Positions 8,931 to 17,222 of a stretch of 64,000 nucleotides of DNA are shown here, one piece after another. The notes beneath the pieces are model-generated. The model ran no database searches. It was not told where the DNA came from and worked only from the letters and a program-made list of their open reading frames with translations. Each line of letters opens with the position of its first letter. Within the stretch, counting starts at the first letter, position 1. Source of the stretch: an uncultured Bacteroidia bacterium (lineage in GTDB: Bacteria; Bacteroidota; Bacteroidia; Palsa-948). The stretch covers positions 10,138 to 74,137 of the forward strand of contig CAYZTB010000005.1 of NCBI GenBank assembly GCA_964481195.1, written 5' to 3'. Made by a program: the position numbers and the translations under genes.

Positions 8931-9842
8931 ATGTTATTATTAACTCCTACCAACTTTCCTGATTACGAACTAATAGACTGCGGTGATTTTGAAAAGTTGG
9001 AACGCTTTGGTAAATACATCACCATTCGCCCAGAGCCACAGGCAGTTTGGAGCAAAAAACTTTCAGCTCATGAATGGGAAAAAACAGCACATGTAAAGTT
9101 TGTTCCAAAAACTAGCAGTGCTGGCGATTGGAAAAAGTTTAAAGAGATGCCAGACCGCTGGACTATGCAGTATCAAGTCCAAAGTCTAAAGTCTAAAGTT
9201 GACCCTTCTACCTTAACCCTTAAGCTTTCCCTAACCTCATTTAAACATGTTGGAGTTTTTCCTGAGCAGGCAGTAAACTGGAATTATATTTACAACAACA
9301 TACGTGCGCTCTCCTCCCCTTCTGGGGGAGGTCGGGAGGGGGTGCCAAAATTCTTAAACCTCTTTGCTTATACTGGAGCAGCCTCTCTAGCTGCAAAAGC
9401 AGCAGGCGCAGATGTAACGCATCTGGATTCCATTAGGCAAGTAGTTACATGGGCTAGAGAAAACATGGAGCTTAGCGGACTAAAAGATATACGCTGGCTG
9501 GTAGAAGATGCTTTAAAATTTGTGAAGCGAGAAGTAAAGCGAGGTAATAAATACCATGGAATAATTTTGGACCCTCCTGCATACGGCAACGGACCAGATG
9601 GTGAAAAATGGAAGTTGGAAGATAACATCAAAGAAATGATGGATCTTGTTTTACAACTGCTTGATGAGAAAGAACATTTTATGATTTTAAATGCTTACTC
9701 CTTGGGCTTCTCCCCTATTGTTATTGAAAATTTATTGAAAGGTTTTGCAAAAAATAATCTTGAAACCGGAGAACTTTACCTTCAGTCAAAAACTGATTTA
9801 AAACTTCCTTTAGGGGTTTTTGGTAGGTTCAGAAATTTTTAA
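8931..9842 (+). CDS. Class I SAM-dependent (rRNA) methyltransferase, RlmI/RlmK-like PF10672 family
   Basis: The SAM-binding block is LNLFAYTGAASLAAKAAGADVTHLDS, with DPPAY downstream. It overlaps the convergent gene at 9810 by 33 nt. Confidence 0.65.
   Translation: MLLLTPTNFPDYELIDCGDFEKLERFGKYITIRPEPQAVWSKKLSAHEWEKTAHVKFVPKTSSAGDWKKFKEMPDRWTMQYQVQSLKSKVDPSTLTLKLSLTSFKHVGVFPEQAVNWNYIYNNIRALSSPSGGGREGVPKFLNLFAYTGAASLAAKAAGADVTHLDSIRQVVTWARENMELSGLKDIRWLVEDALKFVKREVKRGNKYHGIILDPPAYGNGPDGEKWKLEDNIKEMMDLVLQLLDEKEHFMILNAYSLGFSPIVIENLLKGFAKNNLETGELYLQSKTDLKLPLGVFGRFRNF
9311..9346 (+). repeat. GC-rich hairpin-forming insert (CTCCTCCCCTTCTGGGGGAGGTCGGGAGGGGGTGCC) inside the methyltransferase CDS, in frame (encodes SSPSGGGREGVP)
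   Basis: Read directly from the sequence. The CCTCCCC/GGGGAGG inverted repeat and the GGGAGGGGG run are anomalous against the 35% GC surroundings. Confidence 0.5.
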
Positions 9843-11735
9843 ACCCATTTTTTCATTTAGTTTTTCCAGCGCTTTGGGCGCTAAAGGATGACCAAGCTTT
9901 TCTAGTCTTATGTAATCAAGCTTAGCGCTGTCTAACTTTCCAACCACTTCATACACCCAACCGCGATTGAGTAAACAGATCTGACTTTTAGGATTAAGCT
10001 TCAAGCCAGAGCTAAAATCATTAATTGAATTTGCATAATCCTGATTAGTAAAATATGCCATGCCTCTCTTAATATAAGAATAGTCAGTAGCTGTATCACT
10101 TGTAATTTGAATCGAATACCCAATAATTTCATTTTGTAATTGCACTTTTCGCTTAGCATCCTCTTCAAAGTTTTTATCTACTTCGCCACCCATTTTTTTG
10201 TATTGCTGAATATCTATCAAAGCATTTTCAAATTTTCTCGAAAAATAAAAAGCCCTAGCTCTATCTTTATAAAACCCTGTATTTCCCGGCTCTAAAGTAA
10301 TAGCTACATTAAAACTTTCAATGGCTTTATCATACTGTTTCATCCCTAAATACACGGCTCCTTTATTAGCATACGGAATGGCGCTGTTTGTTCTTTTTTC
10401 AATGTAGGCATCGTACCATTTAATAGCTTCTTCGGGCAAATTATTGACTACACAAGCTCTACCAAGTATGATGTAATAATAAATGGAATGTGGAGCCTCT
10501 TCAATGCCTGTTGTTGCCAGCTGGTATGGGTTTTTGTAAACATCGGATCTAATAAAAGTTTTAACGAAAAACAGCAACGCTATAATCGAAAAAAATATCC
10601 AAGTAATTATTTTCTTATTAAAGAAATCAATCTTGGAAAAATTTATTTGCGAAAGCATAATAAAAACTCCTACCATAGGCAGATAGGCTCTCTGCTCGAA
10701 GTGCTCAGCACCGCTACGCATGGAACCTGCAATTAGAGGAATAATAATAAATGTGAAAAACCAAAATATCCCAAAGATTGTCAATCGCTTATTGCTGAAT
10801 TTAAAATAAAATACAATTGTTATTAGCAAAGCAATAACAAAATAAAATGGAAGCATGCTTGTTTCTGCCACCGTAGGTGCAACCGACTGATTAATCGGCA
10901 AAATGATTTTTCCAAAATACATTACTGTGGCTAAGGCCATATCTTGAAAAACATTGAAAAAACTAAGATTGTCTGCAGGTAAATAAACTGGAATTATCTG
11001 GTGACGAATAAAAAACCAAACACCAACAATAGCAACAAGTATTGCAAACAAATAAATAATTTCTTTTCGAATGGTCTTCTTGTTTATCAAGATATAATAA
11101 CCCGTAAAAAGTATCGGCAACACAATGGCATTCTCTTTTGTAAAAAGCGCAAGCACAGTAAATAATGTACAAAACAATAAGTTTTTAATTTTGAAGTTTT
11201 CTAGATAATTTAGAAAGAAAATAAATACAGAAAACGAAAAAATGGCCAGCAAAACATCCACCCTTCCCGGCACAAAAGCGACTGATTGAACATGCAAGGG
11301 ATGAACAGCAAATAAAAGTGAAAAACCAAAAGCAATATTCCTTTTAAGCCCAAGTTTTTGAAAAACAACAAAAAGCAGCACAGAAGCAATGGCATGATAA
11401 ACTATATTAAAAAAGTGAAAAACCATGGGGTTACTTCCACCTATCATAACATCGGGCATATAGGACACTACCCAAATAGGTCTGTAGTAGTTATCGAGTA
11501 TTGCCTCCGAAAAAAATACCTTCAAACTTGAAAGGTCACGATACAGATCAATCCTTTTTACAATAAGCCATTCATCATCCAGCGGAGAAAACGCGAAACT
11601 TAAAGTAGGCAGATATACAATTACAGCTGCTAGGATAATAAACAGATAGTTCCAATATTTCTGCACAACTTCAATAAAATTAAAAGAAGAAGTAAGATTT
11701 TTGTTTTCCAAATCCATAGGGTAAAAGTAAAACAA
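9810..11735 (-). CDS. PMT/TMTC-like (GT-C fold) multi-pass membrane protein with C-terminal TPR repeats; paralogue of 17223 and 19287
   Basis: About 10 N-terminal TM helices. An acidic loop motif FSPLDDEW and a YRP motif appear as in O-mannosyltransferase-like TMTC/PMT proteins. The C-terminal roughly 250 aa are TPR repeats. Confidence 0.55.
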   Translation of the reverse strand: MFYFYPMDLENKNLTSSFNFIEVVQKYWNYLFIILAAVIVYLPTLSFAFSPLDDEWLIVKRIDLYRDLSSLKVFFSEAILDNYYRPIWVVSYMPDVMIGGSNPMVFHFFNIVYHAIASVLLFVVFQKLGLKRNIAFGFSLLFAVHPLHVQSVAFVPGRVDVLLAIFSFSVFIFFLNYLENFKIKNLLFCTLFTVLALFTKENAIVLPILFTGYYILINKKTIRKEIIYLFAILVAIVGVWFFIRHQIIPVYLPADNLSFFNVFQDMALATVMYFGKIILPINQSVAPTVAETSMLPFYFVIALLITIVFYFKFSNKRLTIFGIFWFFTFIIIPLIAGSMRSGAEHFEQRAYLPMVGVFIMLSQINFSKIDFFNKKIITWIFFSIIALLFFVKTFIRSDVYKNPYQLATTGIEEAPHSIYYYIILGRACVVNNLPEEAIKWYDAYIEKRTNSAIPYANKGAVYLGMKQYDKAIESFNVAITLEPGNTGFYKDRARAFYFSRKFENALIDIQQYKKMGGEVDKNFEEDAKRKVQLQNEIIGYSIQITSDTATDYSYIKRGMAYFTNQDYANSINDFSSGLKLNPKSQICLLNRGWVYEVVGKLDSAKLDYIRLEKLGHPLAPKALEKLNEKMGLKISEPTKNP

Positions 11736-11782
11736 CTCTTCAATGCATAACCTACGTTAACCTACAATTAACTATTCCATGC

Positions 11783-11813
11783 AATAAAAGAGGGCGATTA
11801 AAAAAATCGCCCT
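11783..11813 (-). terminator. Rho-independent terminator downstream of tRNA-Pro: stem AGGGCGA/TCGCCCT, followed by a T-run on the minus strand
   Basis: Inverted repeat 11791-11797/11807-11813. The minus-strand tail reads CTTTTATTGC. Confidence 0.55.
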
Positions 11814-11818
11814 CTCTG

Positions 11819-11892
11819 TCGGGTAGACAAGATTTGAACTTGCGACCTCTCCCACCCCAAGGGAGTGCGCTACCGGGCTGCGCCACTACCCG
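11819..11892 (-). tRNA. tRNA-Pro (anticodon GGG), 74 nt, CCA not encoded
   Basis: A manual cloverleaf fits. Acceptor CGGGTAG/CTACCCG, D-stem GCGC/GCGC, anticodon stem CTCCC/GGGAG with loop TTGGGGT (GGG plus G37), T-stem GCAAG/CTTGT with loop TTCAAAT, discriminator A. Confidence 0.8.
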
Positions 11893-11959
11893 AACTAAAC
11901 TCTCGTTTGCCTCTATGAATTTTATAGATTTGCAAAAGTAAAAATAATCACTTGTCTGG

Positions 11960-14458
11960 ATGTTTCGCCTTAGTACATTTAAAATTGTTGTCCTGATTTT
12001 TTTTGGCTATTTTATTATCACAAATAGTAAAACTGCGAGCGCTCAAAAAAAATTCACTCTTAGCGGTTTTATAAAGGAAGAAGCAACTGGTGAATATTCG
12101 ATTGGAGCCAGCGTATATCTCAAAAAAAGTGGGGCTGAAGAAAAAAAGCTTGGCACTACCACAAACCAATATGGTTTTTACTCTATTACTCTAGAGCAAG
12201 GCACCTACAACTTAACCGTTTCTTACGTTGGCTTTGAGGATTATAACAAAGAGATAAAGCTAGAAAAGGATATTCGTCTCAACATGCAGATGAAAGAAAA
12301 GGGATATCTAGCTAACGAAGTTGAGATTTTGGGTGTGCGTCCAGATGAAAACATTAAAAGCACTGAGATGGGTGTGATGACACTAGACATGGAGCAAGTA
12401 AAACAGCTTCCTGCTTTTATGGGCGAGACAGATATTTTAAAAACCATTCAACTCCTACCCGGAGTTCAATCGGCTGGAGAAGGAAATGCTGGATTTTATG
12501 TTCGTGGAGGAGGACCTGATCAAAACTTAGTTCTTCTCGATGAAGCTGTGGTATATAATACCGGGCACTTATTTGGCTTCTTCTCCGTTTTTAATGGGGA
12601 TGCAATAAAAAATGTTGAGTTAATTAAAGGAAACATGCCTGCACAGTATGGGGGACGTCTTTCTTCGGTGCTTGATATATCCATGAAAGATGGTAACAGT
12701 CAAAAATTTCATGGCGAAGGGGGAATAGGAATTATTTCTTCACGCATAACGCTGGAAGGTCCCATAAAAAAAGACACCAGCTCCTTTATTGTTTCCGCTC
12801 GCAGAACGTATGCCGATGTACTTGCACAGCCATTTATAAAGAGTGGATCCAAAGGGTCTGCCTATTATTTTTATGACCTGAACACCAAATTAAATTATCG
12901 CATTTCCGATAAACATCGAATCTTTTTAAGCGGATATTTCGGACGAGATGTTTTTAGATACAGCAACAATAAAACATTTGGCTCAGCATTTAAAGTAGAT
13001 ATTCCTTGGGGTAATGCCACCACTTCCCTTCGCTGGAACTATTTAATAAATAAAAAACTATTTGTAAACACTACAGCTATTTTTAGCGATTATCAATTTG
13101 AATTTGGAGCAACACAAAGTGAATTTGAATTCAGGCTGTTCTCTGGAATACGTGACTGGAGTGGCAAATTGGATTTTAGCTATTACCCAAATACAAAAAA
13201 TAAAATAAAATTTGGCTCTAATTATATTTGGCACACGTTCACCCCAAGTCATGCCAGCGCAAAATCGGGCGATGTGCAGTTTGACTTAGGAGGAATCGTA
13301 AAACTATACGCGCACGAGGCTGCATTGTATTTTTCGGATGAATATGAGATTAGCAACCGCTTAAAAGTAAATGCAGGGATTAGATATTCTTATTTCCAGC
13401 AAGTTGGTCCGTTTAAACGCTACGTAAAAAGTACGGTAGGCAATTTAGTTACCGACTCTATCTTATTTAACAAAGGAGATAAAGTGGCCGAATACCATGG
13501 TCCAGAACCGCGACTCTCTGCACGATTTGAATTAAACAAAAACTCATCTATTAAGGCTGGCTTTGCACAGAACTACCAATACGTGCATCTTGCTTCTATC
13601 TCATCTGTATCACTTCCAACCGATGTTTGGATGCCTAGTACTTCTTCCATTAGGCCACAATTTAGCATTCAATATGCGTTGGGATATTTTAGAAATTTCA
13701 AAGAAGACATGTTCGAAACATCTGTAGAGGTATATTATAAAGACATGCGCAATATGTTGGATTACAAGGAAGGTTCGCTTCCGGATGATAACGTAAACGA
13801 TAACGTTGATAACGCTTTCACCTATGGACGAGGTTGGTCCTACGGTGCTGAATTCTTTGTAAAAAAACGAACAGGGAAATTTAATGGCTGGGTTGGCTAT
13901 ACGCTTTCTTGGAGTTGGAGGCAATTTGATTCTATTAATTTAGGAAGTAATTTTTTAGCGAAGTACGATCGTAGGCATGATGTTTCGGTGGCACTTACAT
14001 ACAACCTAAATAAAAAATGGACCTTTGGTTCTGTGTTTGTATTTGCGACTGGCAACAATGCAACACTTCCTGTTTCCTGGTATTTTATTGAAGGGCAAAT
14101 GGTTCCGGAATATGGAAAACGGAATGATTACCAAATGGCTCCATATCATCGCTTAGATTTATCGGCAACATACACGCCCGATAAACAAAAAAAGCTTGCA
14201 CATAAAAAACAAAAATGGGAAGAAAAAATGGCAAAAAAGAGAATTGATACCAAAGATTTAGAAATGCCTAAAAGAATAAATTCCAAAGTGCAAGGAAGCT
14301 GGAATTTCTCCATCTTTAATGCATATAACCGACATAATCCATTTTTTATATTTTTTGAAACGAATGGAGATCCGTTTGCCGGAACTTTAAATGTTAAAGC
14401 GATGCAAGTTTCATTATTTCCAATTCTTCCATCGGTAACATGGAATTTTAAATTTTGA
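11960..14458 (+). CDS. TonB-dependent outer-membrane receptor with an N-terminal carboxypeptidase-regulatory-like (CarbopepD_reg) domain
   Basis: Signal peptide. A CarbopepD_reg-like beta-sandwich (FTLSGFIKEEATGEYSIGASVYLK...GFYSI) precedes a plug and a large beta-barrel ending WNFKF. A TAGATTTG -7 element lies at 11925-11932. Confidence 0.7.
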   Translation: MFRLSTFKIVVLIFFGYFIITNSKTASAQKKFTLSGFIKEEATGEYSIGASVYLKKSGAEEKKLGTTTNQYGFYSITLEQGTYNLTVSYVGFEDYNKEIKLEKDIRLNMQMKEKGYLANEVEILGVRPDENIKSTEMGVMTLDMEQVKQLPAFMGETDILKTIQLLPGVQSAGEGNAGFYVRGGGPDQNLVLLDEAVVYNTGHLFGFFSVFNGDAIKNVELIKGNMPAQYGGRLSSVLDISMKDGNSQKFHGEGGIGIISSRITLEGPIKKDTSSFIVSARRTYADVLAQPFIKSGSKGSAYYFYDLNTKLNYRISDKHRIFLSGYFGRDVFRYSNNKTFGSAFKVDIPWGNATTSLRWNYLINKKLFVNTTAIFSDYQFEFGATQSEFEFRLFSGIRDWSGKLDFSYYPNTKNKIKFGSNYIWHTFTPSHASAKSGDVQFDLGGIVKLYAHEAALYFSDEYEISNRLKVNAGIRYSYFQQVGPFKRYVKSTVGNLVTDSILFNKGDKVAEYHGPEPRLSARFELNKNSSIKAGFAQNYQYVHLASISSVSLPTDVWMPSTSSIRPQFSIQYALGYFRNFKEDMFETSVEVYYKDMRNMLDYKEGSLPDDNVNDNVDNAFTYGRGWSYGAEFFVKKRTGKFNGWVGYTLSWSWRQFDSINLGSNFLAKYDRRHDVSVALTYNLNKKWTFGSVFVFATGNNATLPVSWYFIEGQMVPEYGKRNDYQMAPYHRLDLSATYTPDKQKKLAHKKQKWEEKMAKKRIDTKDLEMPKRINSKVQGSWNFSIFNAYNRHNPFFIFFETNGDPFAGTLNVKAMQVSLFPILPSVTWNFKF

Positions 14459-14459
14459 T

Positions 14460-15437
14460 ATGACTAATTATAATAAAATATTATCTATGAAATATTTTTC
14501 AATATTGGTTTTTGCAGTAGGTCTCTTTACCACTTCATGCCAAAAAGAAATACAGGTCGACTTACCAACTTACCCGCCAAAAATTGTTGTAGATGGTAAA
14601 ATTGAACCCGGGGTTCCACCTTATGTGATACTCACCTATAATATGCCTTACTTTGGATCAACAGATGTTAACGCAATCCAAAACTCATTCATACACAATG
14701 CATCTATTACCGTTTCGGACGGCTCAAACACTGCCACATTAGTTGAATACTGCTCTAAATCACTGCCCGATTCACTTCTGCCATTAATCGCCTCTTTCAC
14801 CGGCATCGATCCGCTTACCTTAAAAAATTTCGACTACTGCATTTACACAACCTTAAACCCAGCCCTCTTTGGTCAATCTGGAAAAACCTATACGTTAAAG
14901 ATTTTGGCTAATGGAAAAAATCTCACTTCCACTACATCTATCTTACCTGCAATACCCTTAGATACAGCATGGATCCGCTATGAAAAAGTGAATAAAACCG
15001 GAGATTCCCTTGGATTTATGTGGGGACACCTAACCGAGCCCGGCAATACATACAACGCATACCGCTGGTTGACTAAAAGAAATACCAAAGACTATTCTTT
15101 TATTGCTCCTCCGGGCGCAGCATCCGATGATAAATATTATAATGGGCAAAGCTTTGACTTCGCCTATAGCAGAGGATCTGCACAAAATTCAGACGCGAAG
15201 GATGACAATAACGAGGAACGAGGATATTTCAAATCGGGCGATACAGTTGTTATAAAATTTTGTACTATTGAACGAGCAACTTATAGTTTTTACCGAAGCT
15301 TGGATATCATACTAAATAATAACGGAAACCCTTTTGCTTCACCTTCATCAGTTGAATCAAATATTTACCCTAAAGAAGAAAGCTTGGGTATTTGGTGCGG
15401 CTATGGTGTTGCAACACATACTGTAATTTGTAAATAA
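14460..15437 (+). CDS. DUF4249-family lipoprotein, the usual partner of CarbopepD_reg-type TonB receptors
   Basis: The lipoprotein signal is LFTTSC. KIVVDGKIEPG is typical of DUF4249. A 1-nt gap from the upstream receptor gene indicates co-transcription. Confidence 0.55.
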   Translation: MTNYNKILSMKYFSILVFAVGLFTTSCQKEIQVDLPTYPPKIVVDGKIEPGVPPYVILTYNMPYFGSTDVNAIQNSFIHNASITVSDGSNTATLVEYCSKSLPDSLLPLIASFTGIDPLTLKNFDYCIYTTLNPALFGQSGKTYTLKILANGKNLTSTTSILPAIPLDTAWIRYEKVNKTGDSLGFMWGHLTEPGNTYNAYRWLTKRNTKDYSFIAPPGAASDDKYYNGQSFDFAYSRGSAQNSDAKDDNNEERGYFKSGDTVVIKFCTIERATYSFYRSLDIILNNNGNPFASPSSVESNIYPKEESLGIWCGYGVATHTVICK

Positions 15438-15454
15438 AATAATAAATACTTTTT

Positions 15455-16396
15455 ATGAGCGAACATGTAAAATGCCTTATCATCGGATCCGGACCTGCAG
15501 GATACACTGCTGCTATTTACGCTGCACGAGCAGATTTAAAACCATTAATGATTGCAGGTATGGAACCGGGCGGTCAATTAATGACAACTACTGAAGTTGA
15601 AAATTATCCAGGCTATCCGGATGGAATTCAAGGGCCGGAGATGATGGAACATTTTCGCAAACAAGCAGAGCGATTTAAAACTGATATCCGATATTCATTT
15701 GTCTCTTCAGTAGATTTTTCTTCAAAGCCATTTAAAGTAGTAGTGGACGAAAAAGAAACTATTCTATCAGACTCTATAATAATTTCTACTGGCGCTACGG
15801 CTAAGTGGTTGGGCTTGGAATCCGAACAGCGCTTAAGAAAATTAAGCGGTGGGGTTTCGGCATGTGCTGTTTGTGATGGATTTTTTTATAAAGGTCAAGA
15901 TGTTGTAATTGTTGGAGGGGGAGATACAGCTGCTGAAGAAGCTACTTACCTAGCTAAGCTTTGCAAAAAAGTATATATGTTGGTTCGAAAGGATCATTTT
16001 AAAGCTTCAAAAGCAATGCAACATAGAGTAGAAAACACTGCAAATATTGAATTACTTTATAACCACGAAACCAAAGAAGTATTAGGTGATGCAGGTGTTA
16101 CCGGAGTATTAGTTAAGAATGTTAAAACCGGAGAAGAAAGAACACTTATAGCAACCGGTTTTTTTGTTGCAATTGGACACAAGCCAAATACCGATATTTT
16201 TAAAGGGGCCCTTGACTTAGATGAACAAGGGTACATCAAAACTGTTCCCGGAACTACCAAAACTAATGTTGAGGGTGTTTTTGCTTCGGGCGATGTTCAA
16301 GACAAACACTACAGGCAAGCAGTTACTGCGGCAGGTAGTGGTTGTATGGCCGCTTTAGATGCAGAAAGGTACTTGAGTGCCAAGGGAATTCATTAA
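15455..16396 (+). CDS. trxB: Thioredoxin-disulfide reductase
   Basis: GSGPAGYTAA FAD motif, CAVCD redox-active site, and GGGDTAAEEA NADPH motif. Confidence 0.9.
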   Translation: MSEHVKCLIIGSGPAGYTAAIYAARADLKPLMIAGMEPGGQLMTTTEVENYPGYPDGIQGPEMMEHFRKQAERFKTDIRYSFVSSVDFSSKPFKVVVDEKETILSDSIIISTGATAKWLGLESEQRLRKLSGGVSACAVCDGFFYKGQDVVIVGGGDTAAEEATYLAKLCKKVYMLVRKDHFKASKAMQHRVENTANIELLYNHETKEVLGDAGVTGVLVKNVKTGEERTLIATGFFVAIGHKPNTDIFKGALDLDEQGYIKTVPGTTKTNVEGVFASGDVQDKHYRQAVTAAGSGCMAALDAERYLSAKGIH

Positions 16397-16462
16397 ATTT
16401 CTTATCGATTTTTTTACTAGTTTTAATGCTATAAATATGGCATTAATTTTGCAAATTTTACA

Positions 16463-17194
16463 TTGTTGAGATACATTCGACACATACTTGCTTCTTTACT
16501 ATTTCTATCGTTTTTCACCTCTGCATTCTCTCAGGTAAAAAAGGGTGATACTTTTGAATTTAATGCAGTTTATGATTCTACTTACGGCATAAATATTTAC
16601 GAGCCCTTAAATATGAATACAGGTGGCGACTCTACTCGTAGTGGCGCAAAAGGATATGCCCTTCAAGGATGGATTGAAGATTATTATCCTGGAGGAGAAG
16701 TATTGCATAAAGGATATTACATTGACGGGCAGTTAAAAGCCTATAAAAATTTTTATCCATCCGGTCAAGCGGAAAGAGAATTTAAAATGGTAAATCTTTC
16801 AAAAAGTGAACTCAACGTATATTATGATAACGGCAAACCGAGATCGATCATTTCTTACATTACCTCCAACGCAATAAAAGAAGAAGATTATTTTATTACT
16901 GGGCAGATAGAATACATAGAGGAATACGATAAAAATTGCGTCTATTACCTGCAAAGAAAATTTTTTAACGAAAATGGAAACCCAACTTCTACACTAGAAT
17001 TAGTTGACAGCAAAAAACTTATCTATAATAGTAAAGATTATCACGAAAATGGAAAGCTGAAAGAAGAAGGTCAGATGGTATTTAATGAAGGGATGGGCGA
17101 CTACCAAAAAAATGGTAAATGGAAATTTTATAAAGAAGACGGAAGCCTGAAAGAAGAAAAAACTTTTTCTAGAGGCGGTGATGAAGCGGAATAA
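16463..17194 (+). CDS. Secreted MORN-variant repeat protein (YwqK-like family)
   Basis: Signal peptide. Repeated G-rich units YYPGGEVLHKGYYIDGQLKAYKNFYPSGQ and YHENGKLKEEGQMVFNEGMGDYQKNGKWKFYKEDGSLKEE. A TAATTTTG -7 element lies at 16444-16451. Confidence 0.5.
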   Translation: MLRYIRHILASLLFLSFFTSAFSQVKKGDTFEFNAVYDSTYGINIYEPLNMNTGGDSTRSGAKGYALQGWIEDYYPGGEVLHKGYYIDGQLKAYKNFYPSGQAEREFKMVNLSKSELNVYYDNGKPRSIISYITSNAIKEEDYFITGQIEYIEEYDKNCVYYLQRKFFNENGNPTSTLELVDSKKLIYNSKDYHENGKLKEEGQMVFNEGMGDYQKNGKWKFYKEDGSLKEEKTFSRGGDEAE

Positions 17195-17222
17195 TTCCTT
17201 CTAGATATATTCTAATTTTTTA

